Below are positions 1 through 11,952 of a DNA stretch of 64,000 nt, in pieces. Every line of letters begins with the position of its first letter. Positions within the stretch are counted from its first letter, which is position 1. The notes beneath the pieces were generated by a model. That model did not search any database and had not been told where the DNA came from. It saw nothing but the letters and a program-made list of their open reading frames with translations. The translations under genes and the position numbers were made by a program. Source of the DNA: Polyangia bacterium (lineage in GTDB: Bacteria; Myxococcota_A; Polyangia; Haliangiales; JADYYK01); NCBI GenBank assembly GCA_044229835.1, contig JBGASF010000001.1, positions 117,738 through 181,737 of the forward strand. The letters are read 5' to 3'.

Positions 1-1
1 C

Positions 2-2368
<2,367 letters not shown>

Positions 2369-2395
2369 CACCTGGAGGTGCGGCCGTCGCGCAGC

Positions 2396-2424
2396 TTGAC
2401 CGCGCGCGCCGGCCGCGCTATCCG
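2396..2424 (+). promoter_or_regulatory. putative sigma70-like promoter for tRNA-Val
   Basis: TTGACC (2396-2401), 17-nt spacer, TATCCG (2419-2424), about 10 nt before the tRNA. Same architecture as the box upstream of tRNA-Asp. Confidence 0.3.
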
Positions 2425-2433
2425 AACCAGCAC

Positions 2434-2505
2434 GGGCGGATAGCTCAGCGGCAGAGCACTGGTTTTACACGCCGGCAGTCGCAGGTTCGATCCCTGCTCC
2501 GCCCA
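2434..2505 (+). tRNA. tRNA-Val (anticodon UAC)
   Basis: Hand-folded cloverleaf: acceptor GGGCGGA/TCCGCCC, D stem GCTC/GAGC, anticodon stem CTGGT/GCCGG with loop TT-TAC-AC, T arm GCAGG-TTCGATC-CCTGC. CCA is not encoded. Confidence 0.93.
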
Positions 2506-2610
2506 CTCACTCGTCGCCTCGCGTGCTGCATCTCTCGGGCTCGGCCCGAGGGATTGACCTTGCCAGCCGTCGCCGTTGACCACGGGCGGCCGCTGCGCGA
2601 GCATCTCGGC

Positions 2611-3057
2611 ATGCGCCGAGCTCTGGTCGCGATCTCCCTGGCCCTGGCTCTGGCGGTCACGGGCTGTCGCAGCATGAGCGATCTCAGGCCGCGACCGAAT
2701 CAGCAGTGGACGATGACGTCACCGCCGGGGGCGGAGCGGCTGTTCCGGGCGCCGGCGTGGGTGGTCTATGCCGCGGCGGTGCGCGCGGCGCAGCAGGTCG
2801 GCCTCGACATCGCGGAGGTCGACCCGGCGCGCCAGTACCTGCTGGCCAACCGCGACATGACGACCTTCAGCTGGGGCGAGCTGGTCGGGGTCTACTTCAA
2901 GGCGGTCGGCGACTGCGCCTGCTACACGCTGGTGCGCGTGGAGTCGCGCCGCGTGCTGGCCACCAACGTGACCGCGAAGGACTTCACGCTGCCGGTGCTG
3001 GAGGCGCTGGCGAGCCAGCTCGCGAGTTCGCCAGGGTTTGCCACCGCGGCGCGCTGA
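2611..3057 (+). CDS. hypothetical lipoprotein
   Basis: ATG at 2611, in frame with ORF 1360..3057. N-terminus MRRALVAISLALALAVTGC is a signal peptide plus lipobox. The upstream part of the long ORF overlaps lon and the tRNA and is not coding. Confidence 0.7.
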   Translation: MRRALVAISLALALAVTGCRSMSDLRPRPNQQWTMTSPPGAERLFRAPAWVVYAAAVRAAQQVGLDIAEVDPARQYLLANRDMTTFSWGELVGVYFKAVGDCACYTLVRVESRRVLATNVTAKDFTLPVLEALASQLASSPGFATAAR

Positions 3058-3098
3058 GCTGCTGGAATAGCCTGCGCCGCGTGGAGGTTGCCGCGCGC

Positions 3099-3995
3099 AT
3101 GGAGAGCGAGACAGGCAAGGGTGGCTGGTGGACCAGGCGGTCGCACCAGTTCGGAGTCACCGCGCTGGCGGTGGCGCTGCTGCTGGTCGGTGCGGGCTGG
3201 TTCTCTGGTTTCGCGCGGGTACTGAGCTGGGTCACGGGGGGCATCTTCGTGGCCGCGCTGTGGCCCGTCCTCGTCATCGTCGGTGGGCTGGCGTTCATGC
3301 TGCTGCTCGTCATGGTCGTTGCGATTGGCAGCGAGGGTGGTGGCGATCCGGAGGCGATCAGCAAGGGGGGCGGGGCCGTGATGGCGGTGGGCTGGGGGCT
3401 GGGGCGACCGTACTATCGCTGGCTGGCGCGGGTTCGCCATCCGGTGTTCTGGGGCGTCGCGCTCGGTGCGGGGATAGCGGTGGTGGTGCTGCTGTTCGTG
3501 GTCGGGGTCGTCATCAAGCCGGGCGAGCAGCGCACGCACGTGGCGCTGCGCGACGCACAGGATCGGCTGGTGGCGTACTTCGTGGAGCAGCGCAGCTTGC
3601 CAGGTGCGGTGGAGGGCCACCTCGGGCTGCACACACTCGACCAGGCGGCGCCCGCGGACGCGCTGCTGCGCGATGGCTGGGGCAGGCCGCTGCGCTACGA
3701 GTCCGAGGCCGTCGGCGACTCGGTGCGCTACCGGCTGCGCTCGCTCGGCTTCGACGGCAAGGCGGGTGCCGATGACCTGTGCGCGACGGGTGTGCTGCAC
3801 GAGCGAGTCGTGGAGGCGCCCAGCGCGGGCGCGACCGCGATGAAGACGGCGGGCAAGCTGCTGCGCTGGTGGCGCAAGCGGCAGGCCCGGAAGCGCGGCG
3901 AGGCGCCACCGCCCGAGCCAGCGGCCGAGGCCGCGCCTGCGGTCGGTGACCGCGTCCCCGAGCAGCTCAGCCGCAGCACACCGGGGCACTGCTGA
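3099..3995 (+). CDS. polytopic membrane protein with C-terminal GspG (type II secretion pseudopilin)-like globular domain
   Basis: ATG 3099 (MESETGKGGWW), in frame with ORF 2706..3995. About 4 hydrophobic helices are followed by 'LRDGWGRPLRYESEAVGDSVRYRLRSLGFDGKAGADDL', which resembles the T2SS-G C-terminal signature (DPWG..Y.Y....y.L.SlG.DG..G..DD). Confidence 0.65.
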   Translation: MESETGKGGWWTRRSHQFGVTALAVALLLVGAGWFSGFARVLSWVTGGIFVAALWPVLVIVGGLAFMLLLVMVVAIGSEGGGDPEAISKGGGAVMAVGWGLGRPYYRWLARVRHPVFWGVALGAGIAVVVLLFVVGVVIKPGEQRTHVALRDAQDRLVAYFVEQRSLPGAVEGHLGLHTLDQAAPADALLRDGWGRPLRYESEAVGDSVRYRLRSLGFDGKAGADDLCATGVLHERVVEAPSAGATAMKTAGKLLRWWRKRQARKRGEAPPPEPAAEAAPAVGDRVPEQLSRSTPGHC

Positions 3996-4051
3996 CATGT
4001 AGTCCGCATCGGGTGGTATCCTGGGTCGTAGCTCCACCCAGGAGGTCCGCG

Positions 4052-6253
4052 ATGCGCCGCTTCGTGCTGGTGTTTGCCGTGGTGGTCGCTGTCGCGTCTG
4101 CGCCCCGGGTGGCGCGGGCCGATCAGCGCAACTTCGCCGCTGGTAGCCTGATCATCCCGATGGATCTGGCATACCAGGACCAGGGCCTCTTCCAGGCCTA
4201 CGGCCTGCTGTTCCAGCTGCTGCGCCAGGGCGTGCCGGTGGCCTGGGTCATCGACCCGGCCAAGACCTGGCACGCAGCGCCGTGCAACACCGCGGGCAAC
4301 CTGTGCGCGTGGGACTGCGCCATCGAGGGCTCGGGCACCAAGTGCAACTACCCGACGGCCAGCCCCGACTTCTTCGTGGCCAGCACGGTGGTGGCCGGCC
4401 CCGGCATGGGCACCGCCATCTCGAACCACGGCTATCGCGGCGGGCCGTTCGTGATCGCGGCCGCCAACAAGGCCGCGGCGCTGCCGATCATCGCGGCGTG
4501 GAACGACATGGCGATGTGGACCGCGGCGCCGTGGGCGCGGCGCACGGTGTTCCACCCGGTCGCGGTGCACGAGGCCACCGCGGCGTTCAGCGGCTTCGTG
4601 GCCAAGGACATGCTGGCGGCGCCGACCATCGCGGTGTTCTCCGACGGCAACGAGGACATCGCGACCAGCTACCTGCGCGCGGCCGGCATCCCGCAGTCCA
4701 GCGGCGCCGAGTTCCCGGTCGGCAAGTGCGGCGCGGCCAACTGCGGGCCTGGCACCGCGAACCCCGACATGCTGACGGTGCCCAGCGTGGCCGGCGACAT
4801 GGGCACCTGCGCGGCGCCCAGCTCGAACCACAAGAACGGGGCGCTGTTCACCACCAGCGGCGTGCCCGCGTACTGCCAGATCATGAGCATGCACTGGGAC
4901 GTCAACGACCGTGAGACGGTGCAGTGCGGCGGCGCCAACTGCCCCGGGACGCAGGCGGCCTGCGGCAACACGCCGATCACCTATCACGGTCACGAGGTCG
5001 TCGCCGAGGTGCGCTCGTTCCTGAAGTACCCGGTGCACTTCTTCGCCGAGTGTCAGGCCGTCAACGCCTACGAGAACACCACCCCCAACCCGGCGTGGCC
5101 GTACCTCGATGACTCCGGCCGCGATGGCCACTTCCTGACCACGCGCGGGATGCCGCCGGCGTGCCCGTGCCAGGCCGGCTTCAGCTGTGTGATCGGCGGC
5201 TGCGCCGGCGCCGACTGCTGCCAGCCGACCAACGTGAAGGAGAAGGGCGCCGGCTTCCTGATCGCGGCGCAGCCGGCGTCGTCGACGCTGAAGGTGCTGC
5301 GGCCCAACGTGGCCTACAACCAGATGGACGGCGAGTTCCAGACCACCGGTGGCAGCGAGCCGGCCTACAACCTCAGCACGTACCTCATGACGATGTACAA
5401 GAACAACCGCGAGGTCACCTTCATCACGGGGCCCAACGGACCGGGCTCGCAGGACATCTGGATGACCGGGTATGCCGATGGCTCGTGCGACATCGGCACC
5501 GGCGAGGTCTTCCTGCCCGGCGGTGGCGGCGCGTGTGGCACCGGCAAGGTCAGCTATCTCGGCGGCCACGACTACAAGACCGGCGTGCCGCTGAGCGGCA
5601 ACGGCGACAGCCAGGGCACGCGGCTGTTCCTGAACGCGCTGTTCGAGGCCGACTGTGTGACCTCGGCGGGCCAGCCCAGGATGTCGCTGTCGCTGGGCGG
5701 CGAGCTCGAGGTGCGCACGCGCAGCCTGCCGGTGCAGCGCGACTACGCGGCGGGCTATGGCAACAGCGGCAAGGGCGCGGCGCTGGACGCGGTGCTGAAC
5801 CTCGACGTGCCGGCCACGCTGAGCATCGCGGCGGCGCCGGGCGCGACGCTGACGGCGACGCGCGCGGGCTGGGCCATCGGCGCCATCAGCGGCCTGCCTG
5901 TGCTGGCTGGTGATCCGCCGGCCAGCGGCAGCCGCGCCGCCACGCTGCGCTTCACGGCGTATGGCGACTACCAGGTCGCGGTCGGCATGAGCTATCGCGT
6001 CGGGCTGTCGACGCTGAGCGCGCCGCCGCAGATGCTGACCATCCGGGTCATCGACGCCGATCCGCTGCCCGATGGCGGCGCCGGCGGAGACGGCGGTGGT
6101 GGCGACGGCGGCGGGATCGTCGACGGTGGCGACGATGGCGGCTGCGGCTGTCGCACCGGCGCCGACGCAGGCGCTGGCACACGAGCGCCGTGGCTGGGCG
6201 TGCTGGCGGTGGGTGTGCTCCTGGTGTGGCGCCGGCGCACACAGCGCCGATGA
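4052..6253 (+). CDS. large secreted protein with MYXO-CTERM-type C-terminal sorting tail
   Basis: GGAGG RBS at 4041-4045 and ATG at 4052. Signal peptide MRRFVLVFAVVVAVASAPRVARA. C-terminus is a Gly/Asp-rich stretch, then GCGCRTG, a hydrophobic helix and WRRRTQRR. Confidence 0.85.
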   Translation: MRRFVLVFAVVVAVASAPRVARADQRNFAAGSLIIPMDLAYQDQGLFQAYGLLFQLLRQGVPVAWVIDPAKTWHAAPCNTAGNLCAWDCAIEGSGTKCNYPTASPDFFVASTVVAGPGMGTAISNHGYRGGPFVIAAANKAAALPIIAAWNDMAMWTAAPWARRTVFHPVAVHEATAAFSGFVAKDMLAAPTIAVFSDGNEDIATSYLRAAGIPQSSGAEFPVGKCGAANCGPGTANPDMLTVPSVAGDMGTCAAPSSNHKNGALFTTSGVPAYCQIMSMHWDVNDRETVQCGGANCPGTQAACGNTPITYHGHEVVAEVRSFLKYPVHFFAECQAVNAYENTTPNPAWPYLDDSGRDGHFLTTRGMPPACPCQAGFSCVIGGCAGADCCQPTNVKEKGAGFLIAAQPASSTLKVLRPNVAYNQMDGEFQTTGGSEPAYNLSTYLMTMYKNNREVTFITGPNGPGSQDIWMTGYADGSCDIGTGEVFLPGGGGACGTGKVSYLGGHDYKTGVPLSGNGDSQGTRLFLNALFEADCVTSAGQPRMSLSLGGELEVRTRSLPVQRDYAAGYGNSGKGAALDAVLNLDVPATLSIAAAPGATLTATRAGWAIGAISGLPVLAGDPPASGSRAATLRFTAYGDYQVAVGMSYRVGLSTLSAPPQMLTIRVIDADPLPDGGAGGDGGGGDGGGIVDGGDDGGCGCRTGADAGAGTRAPWLGVLAVGVLLVWRRRTQRR

Positions 6254-6324
6254 TCCGAGTGTACGCGCCATCACCGCCGAGATCGTGCTGGTACCCGGGG
6301 CGCGGCGCGGCCTAGGATCGGCGT

Positions 6325-7065
6325 GTGCAGCGTCGTGGCGTCATCATCGCGTTGATCTCGGCCATCCCGGCGATCTTGATCGCGGTGGTGGCGGTCTGGC
6401 TGTGGCGCGAGTATCACGCCAAGGATCGCGTCATCGCCGAGCAGAAGCGCATCATCAAGGACCTCGGCCTCAAGCTGGATCGGGCCTGGGCCGAGGAGCT
6501 GGTGGCGGACGTGCGCGTCGACGCGGTCGAGCGCGACGCCGCCGGGCAGCCGGTGATGAAGCTGCACTTCGTGCAGTATCGCGCCGGCAGCGAGGTCCCC
6601 GAGTTCGAGCGTGATCTGGTGCTGCCCGGCGACGAGTTCTACATCGACGCCCTGGTGGTGAAGTTCGAGCGCGCGCTGGTCGAGGCCGGCGACGGGCTGC
6701 GCGGCAAGAGCATGCTGCTGTTCCGGCGCGCCTTCGGCGACCGGCAGCAGCCCAGCCAGGGCGTGCCGCTGTTCCGCAGCCGCGGCGAGTCGCCGGTGCC
6801 CGAGGCGGTGCAGGTCGACGGGTCGCCGGGGTCGTTCGAGTCGCAGCTGTGGAGCGAGTTCTGGGCCCTGGCCAACGATCCCGACAAGGCGCGCGCGCGC
6901 GGGATCCGGGTCGCGCAGGGCGAGGCGCCGCACGTGCGCGCGGTGGTCAACCAGGTCTACAAGCTGACGCTGCGCGCCTCGGGCGGGGTCGACATCACGC
7001 CGCGGCTGCCGGCGGCGGTGGTGGGCACGCGCGATGGCGCTGCCGATGCGGGTGTGGCGCCCTGA
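6325..7065 (+). CDS. hypothetical membrane-anchored protein
   Basis: ORF 6325..7065. Single N-terminal TM (VIIALISAIPAILIAVVAVWLW) then a soluble domain with protein-like composition. No motif recognised. Confidence 0.65.
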   Translation: MQRRGVIIALISAIPAILIAVVAVWLWREYHAKDRVIAEQKRIIKDLGLKLDRAWAEELVADVRVDAVERDAAGQPVMKLHFVQYRAGSEVPEFERDLVLPGDEFYIDALVVKFERALVEAGDGLRGKSMLLFRRAFGDRQQPSQGVPLFRSRGESPVPEAVQVDGSPGSFESQLWSEFWALANDPDKARARGIRVAQGEAPHVRAVVNQVYKLTLRASGGVDITPRLPAAVVGTRDGAADAGVAP

Positions 7066-7086
7066 CGCGGGCGCGACGCGTCGGCC

Positions 7087-8109
7087 TCAGCAGGGGAACC
7101 AGGCACGCAGGGCGGCGCCGGCGCCGTCGGCGACCAGGTCGAGATCGCCGGCGTACAGCTCGACCAGGGGACGCACCAGGGCCAGCGGCAGGCCCAGGCG
7201 CTCGGCGGCGCGCTCGCGCAGGTGGCTCAGCGCGTCGGGCTCGGTGCTGCCGTCGGCACGCTGGCAGCGCACCGTGATGCCGACGCCGTCCTTGTCGAGA
7301 CGCGTCTCGGGGCCGATGGTCACCGCGACCGTGCCGTCGGGACCGGCGGCGGCGACGGCGCGCTCCAGCAGCAGCGCCAGCGTGGTCACCAGATCGGCGG
7401 CGTGGGCGCGCAGCTGCAGGCGCGGCTCGATGGGCTCGGCGCGCAGGCTGACCTGGTGGCGCGTGGCGATGGGCTGCACGCGGGCCACCGCGGTGTCGGC
7501 GATCTCGTCGAGGTGGGCCCAGCCATAGTCGGGGCACGAGGCCTGCGCGAAGCGGCCCAGGTTGCGCCCGATCTCGGCGAAGCGCTCGGCCTGGCGCTCG
7601 ATGGCGTTGAGGGCCTGGTTGCGCGCGGCGGCGTCGCCGTGGTGCTCGCGCAGGACCTGGGCATAGCCCAGGATGACGCCGGCCGGGTTGTTGAGCTGGT
7701 GCGCGGTGCGTGCGGCCAGGGCGCCCATCGAGGCCAGCTGGGTCGCCAGCTGGATCTCGGTCAGCAGGTCGCCGTCGGGGCCGCGGTCGCAGGTCGCGGC
7801 GGTGACCTGGGCGATGAAGTGCGCGATGTGCTGATCGAGCGGGGCGAAGGGGCGCTCGCGCTCGGCGCGCAGGGTGGCCGGGCTGCGCTGGCTGTCGACC
7901 GGGGCGTGCAGCACGGCGGGGCCCTGTGCGCGCGCCTCGGCGACGCGCTCGGTCACCGCGGCGGCGACCCCGACCTCGGCCTCGAGCAGGGTGGCCAGCG
8001 CGGTGCGCGCCAGCTCGAGGGCGTGCGCGGGATCGGCGGCGCGCCCGATGCGACGGGCGGCCTCATAGGCCGCCTCGCAGCGCGCGGCGTCGAGGCCTGG
8101 ACCACGCAT
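7087..8109 (-). CDS. cytoplasmic sensor histidine kinase
   Basis: H-box 'ALAARTAHQLNNPAGVILGYAQVL' followed by an HATPase_c-like C-terminal half. No TM segments. Confidence 0.8.
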   Translation of the reverse strand: MRGPGLDAARCEAAYEAARRIGRAADPAHALELARTALATLLEAEVGVAAAVTERVAEARAQGPAVLHAPVDSQRSPATLRAERERPFAPLDQHIAHFIAQVTAATCDRGPDGDLLTEIQLATQLASMGALAARTAHQLNNPAGVILGYAQVLREHHGDAAARNQALNAIERQAERFAEIGRNLGRFAQASCPDYGWAHLDEIADTAVARVQPIATRHQVSLRAEPIEPRLQLRAHAADLVTTLALLLERAVAAAGPDGTVAVTIGPETRLDKDGVGITVRCQRADGSTEPDALSHLRERAAERLGLPLALVRPLVELYAGDLDLVADGAGAALRAWFPC

Positions 8110-8188
8110 GCGTCGAGTCTACCTCATGTCCTCGCGAAGCGCGGACATGTCCCGGCGTGCCGGGGCCGGCGCGGGGTCAGCCTGGCCG

Positions 8189-8857
8189 TCAGTACCAGTT
8201 GTAGGCCAGGTTCACGGCCACTTGCTGGAGGCTGCCGTGCTCGTAGCTGACCGTGGCCAGGCGCAGCTGCAGATCGACGGCCGAGCTGGCACCCTGGCTG
8301 ACCTCGTAGCCCGCCGCGGCGGTGACGGCCACGCCACCGATGGAGTCGCTCTCGCCATCGTTGCCCTGCGCCATCAGGCGGCCCAACCCCAGCCCACCCT
8401 TGATCCAGGCCCGATCGCTGACCCACAGCTGCGCGGCCACGGTGCTGGCATTGTTGATGAGCTGGCCGCCGTCGGCGAAGTGGATGACGCCCCAGCCGTC
8501 GAACATGACGGCGGCGCGCTGCGACACCATGCCGCCCAGGGTCAGGTTGACCGCGAGCCCCTCGAGGTTCCGGCAGCCGTCACAGGTCATCATGCCCGCG
8601 CCCGCCCCGATGCCGACCAGGAAGCCGTCGCGCTTGACGCCGGTGCGCGGCTGGTAGACCGCCTCGGGCGCCGGCGCGGCGGCGTACACCGTCGGTGCGG
8701 GTGCCGGCCCTGGCGCGGGCGCGTACACCGGCGCTCCTGGCGGCGCCGGCTCGGCCGCAGGTGGCCCGGCCATTGGATCGACCGGCTGCGCCGCCGCCAG
8801 CGCGGACGTCAAGGTGATGGCCACGAGCGGCAGCAGACGACGGCACAGGCGCGACAT
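8189..8857 (-). CDS. outer-membrane beta-barrel protein (porin-family-like)
   Basis: ATG 8857 preceded by GGAGGA. Signal peptide MSRLCRRLLPLVAITLTSALAAA. Alternating beta-strand pattern and a terminal aromatic ...NLAYNWY. Confidence 0.7.
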   Translation of the reverse strand: MSRLCRRLLPLVAITLTSALAAAQPVDPMAGPPAAEPAPPGAPVYAPAPGPAPAPTVYAAAPAPEAVYQPRTGVKRDGFLVGIGAGAGMMTCDGCRNLEGLAVNLTLGGMVSQRAAVMFDGWGVIHFADGGQLINNASTVAAQLWVSDRAWIKGGLGLGRLMAQGNDGESDSIGGVAVTAAAGYEVSQGASSAVDLQLRLATVSYEHGSLQQVAVNLAYNWY

Positions 8858-8957
8858 GGGCGGATCCTCCAGGTAGGGCCCATGCATACGGCAGCCCGCG
8901 CCGCCCCCCCGCGGCAAACCCCGGCCCAACCGTCCTTTGCCAGCGCTCGCGATTCCC

Positions 8958-8986
8958 TTGACATCGCAGCGCGCCTCGCATATCTA
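8958..8986 (+). promoter_or_regulatory. putative sigma70-like promoter for tRNA-Asp
   Basis: TTGACA (8958-8963), 17-nt spacer, TATCTA (8981-8986), about 20 nt upstream of the tRNA 5' end. Confidence 0.45.
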
Positions 8987-9006
8987 CGTCCGGCCTTCGC
9001 TACCCA

Positions 9007-9393
<387 letters not shown>

Positions 9394-9397
<4 letters not shown>

Positions 9398-9783
9398 CTG
9401 TCTGGCGCGAACTCGAGGGTGAGATCGCGGAGGTTGAGAATCGCTCCGGCCGCGAGGAGGAAGTCCATCCCGAGGATGCCCCCGAGATCGAAGCCGTAGT
9501 CCATGGCGCCGATCTCCACCTCGAATCGGTGGACGCCGCGATCTCCAAGCGCGACCCGATCGAGCGGTCGAGCGAACACGACTTCGCGGCCGCCGACGCC
9601 GCGAAGAGTGCGCAGGCGATCGGTTGGTTCGGGGAAGATCCCGATGGTCCCGGCGATATCTGCGTTGACGATCGTACTGGCCGAACCCGTGTCGACCAGC
9701 ACGTTGGGCACGTCGACCGAGGCGCCGCGATGGCTGATGGTCAGGGTGACGAACGGCAGATCATCGAGCAGATGCAGGCGCAT
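9394..9783 (-). CDS. retropepsin-like (clan AA) aspartic peptidase, single domain
   Basis: ATG 9783 (MRLHLLDDLPFVTLTI...). Catalytic D-T-G-S/A motif in 'NVLVDTGSASTIV'. The ~129-aa size and C-terminal 'GILGMDFL' are typical of bacterial retropepsin-like proteins. Confidence 0.75.
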
Positions 9784-10039
9784 CGTTCTTCCGGATCCCG
9801 ACCCAGGGCCGCTCCTCGATCTCGAGCGCGCGGTTCTCGGTGTGCACGAAGTAGAGTTCTCGCTCGGGGTGCTCACGCCGCAGCTCGCGGTGGCGCCGGA
9901 GCGCGGTGGCTCCATCCGCGCACGCCTCGACCAGCGCGATGCGATCGAACAAGCGGCGCCGATTCTCGGTTCGAGCGTCCAGTGCCTCGATGATGAGCCA
10001 CTGATCCGGGTGAGCCGTGCAGACGTCCGTCCAGCGCAT
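9761..10039 (-). CDS. hypothetical small protein, first gene of retropepsin cassette
   Basis: ORF 9761..10039 (MRWTDVCTAHPDQWLIIEALDA...). Overlaps the protease start by 23 nt. Composition is protein-like. It vaguely resembles small partner proteins seen next to retropepsin-like genes, but this is not verified. Confidence 0.5.
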   Translation of the reverse strand: MRWTDVCTAHPDQWLIIEALDARTENRRRLFDRIALVEACADGATALRRHRELRREHPERELYFVHTENRALEIEERPWVGIRKNDAPASAR

Positions 10040-10300
10040 GATGCCCTGACCCTAGCAGCGCCCCGTGGGGGCCACAACTTTCGTCAGAGATGGCTGTTCG
10101 TGACGAAGCGGGCTTGCACAGGCCAGAAGCAGGGGAACGAAGCTGGACGGGATCAGTTCGTGATCTACTACCCGTGAGGATGACGTGAGCTACCAACTCC
10201 CAGACGCGAAGATGCTCGCGGCTCTCGATGCGAGCAGGCGGAGATGAGCCCCGTCGCGCTGCTGTTGTGCGTCACGCCCGGCTTTCGTCTGTGACCGGAG

Positions 10301-10702
10301 TTGGCTATGGTGGCCGACATGGGGACCAGGGCCTGGGGGATCTTCGTGCTGATGTGCGTTCTTGGCGTTGGCTGTGGCGCGGCGACCGGGCGCAACACGA
10401 GCAGGAGGGACGCCATTCGCGTCGCGATCAGGCGGCACGCGCCTCCGATCGAAGCTTGCTACGAGCAGCACCGAGGCGAGTCGGGGCCAGTCACGTTGCA
10501 CACCCACTTCGTCGTCGACGAGGCCGGCACCGTCGGACTGGCCGAAGTGGCGCCAGGCAAAGCGCTGCCCGAGCAGGCCAGACCGCTGGCCGAGTGCGTG
10601 CTGACGGTAATCCGGGGGATTGCCTTCCGGCCCGAGCCTGCAGGGGGCCGCACCGAGGTGAACTATCCCATCACGTTCCAGGAGGCGCCCCCGCCCCGCT
10701 AG
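10301..10702 (+). CDS. lipoprotein with TonB_C / AgmX-PglI-like C-terminal domain
   Basis: Lipobox VLGVGC. Domain pattern 'IRVAIRRHAPPIEACYEQH...GPVTLHTHFVVDEAGTVG...ECVLTVIRGIAFRPEPAGGRTEVNYPITF' matches the pattern seen in three other domains in this window. Confidence 0.7.
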   Translation: MAMVADMGTRAWGIFVLMCVLGVGCGAATGRNTSRRDAIRVAIRRHAPPIEACYEQHRGESGPVTLHTHFVVDEAGTVGLAEVAPGKALPEQARPLAECVLTVIRGIAFRPEPAGGRTEVNYPITFQEAPPPR

Positions 10703-10977
10703 CTAACCAGTTGGCGGCGGACGGGAGGACACGTGCCGCAAGATGGCGCGCAGCGTGTCGCGGAGCACCGCCACGTCGCGGGTTGCTTCCCAGCGGTTGG
10801 CGGCCTCTCGCATCGCGGCACCGAGGTCGGCGTCCCTCACAGCTGTGACGCTGTTACACCCAGGATCCACTTCCCTCCACAACTCTCCACCCACCGCACG
10901 ACCCTCGACCTCGCAACCCCGCGAACCCATCTCCGACGCTCCACCCGGATCCACATGGATGCGCTGGCTGGTTCGCT

Positions 10978-11097
10978 TTCGAGTCCCGTCCACCCCGCCC
11001 AAAGCAGCACAAAAGCCGCGAATTCGTTCGCGGCTTTTTCTGTTTCGGGGGCTCGGTACACCCCTCGCGGGTCTCGCGGTTGGCTCGCTGCCTGCCC
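10978..11097. repeat. direct repeat copy 2 (orphan tRNA-Asp 3' fragment + terminator)
   Basis: See copy 1. It lacks the 5' two-thirds of the tRNA, so it is not a functional tRNA gene. Confidence 0.9.
11012..11039 (+). terminator. orphan copy of the tRNA-Asp terminator hairpin
   Basis: Stem-loop AAAGCCGCGAA-TTCG-TTCGCGGCTTT plus T-tract, identical to 9096-9123. Confidence 0.5.
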
Positions 11098-11322
11098 GTC
11101 GCAGGCCGGAACGGATGGGAGTCGACCTCTAGTGCGTGTCGGTCGCGAGCGATAGGCCGTTCCTGCACGTCTGGGTGCTGGTGAAGACCGGTGGCGAAGG
11201 GACGGTCCGTCCGAGGGCACAGGGATTTGCCTTCGACTTCGAGAACAAGCAGCTGCGGTTGTCTGAGGCTCTTGCCTTGTTCGGGACCTGCGCGGCCGCT
11301 GGCGGGTGCGGATCGATGGCTC

Positions 11323-11787
11323 TCAGTCCAGCGCGAACCCTCGGTACTTCGCGTCCCACAGCTCGCGCCCGAAATCGAGCCGCGTCACCTCGCGCAGCAG
11401 ATCCTGCGCCACGAGCTCCCCGTCCTTGGGCTGGCTCGCCTTGCCGGTGAGCGCGCGAACGCACGCCTGCAGCCCCTGTCGTTCTCTCTGCTTCGCCCCG
11501 TCCAGGTAATGCAGATGCAGCGGCGCGTCCGCAACCCGGAACACGTGGACCTCGCGGCCCGTCGAGATCTCCTCGAGGTACTCGTCGTTTCGGGACACCC
11601 GGCAGCCCACGTCGATGATCACGATCCACTCCCGGATCCTCGCGGCGCAGAGCTCCTCGTCACGCTGGGCAGACGTAGCCTCCTCGAAGTGGTATCGCGC
11701 CCTCGTGGGGCCGAACACGTCGGGGACTGCGTCCTCGAGATCGAGCTTCCGATCGCGGATGCACACGATCTCGATGTTCCAGCTCAT
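11323..11787 (-). CDS. hypothetical protein
   Basis: ATG 11787 (MSWNIEIVCIRD...), alternative ATG at 11805. Protein-like composition, no motif recognised. Last gene of the minus-strand block that ends at repeat copy 2. Confidence 0.6.
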   Translation of the reverse strand: MSWNIEIVCIRDRKLDLEDAVPDVFGPTRARYHFEEATSAQRDEELCAARIREWIVIIDVGCRVSRNDEYLEEISTGREVHVFRVADAPLHLHYLDGAKQRERQGLQACVRALTGKASQPKDGELVAQDLLREVTRLDFGRELWDAKYRGFALD

Positions 11788-11952
11788 CGGCAAGCCAGGA
11801 TACACGATGCGCCCGTGAATGCCCGGTAGCCGGCGAAGACGATTCGTTCCATGGCCTCGGGCGTGTCCAGCGACTGGGTACGGTGGCCACTCACAGCGCA
11901 GATGACAGCGCTCTTCGTTCTCGGTGTGGGGAGGCGGGCGGAGGCGGTTGGG

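Noticed and set aside
3728-6274. 848-aa minus-strand ORF opposite the MYXO-CTERM protein gene
   Set aside because: Arg/Ala/Gly-dominated composition with no motifs. The plus-strand frame has a signal peptide, balanced composition and a sorting tail.
10703-11002. 99-aa minus-strand ORF, and overlapping plus-strand ORFs 10733..11155 and 10743..11132, as possible integrase or excisionase remnants
   Set aside because: No recombinase motifs (no R-H-R-Y pattern, no HTH). The ORFs start or end inside the att-like repeat and look like chance frames. Left unannotated as probable decayed sequence.
10978-11005. Second tRNA-Asp gene
   Set aside because: Only the 3' T-arm and acceptor fragment (22 nt) is present. 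No D or anticodon arm can be folded upstream, so it is a repeat scar and not a tRNA.
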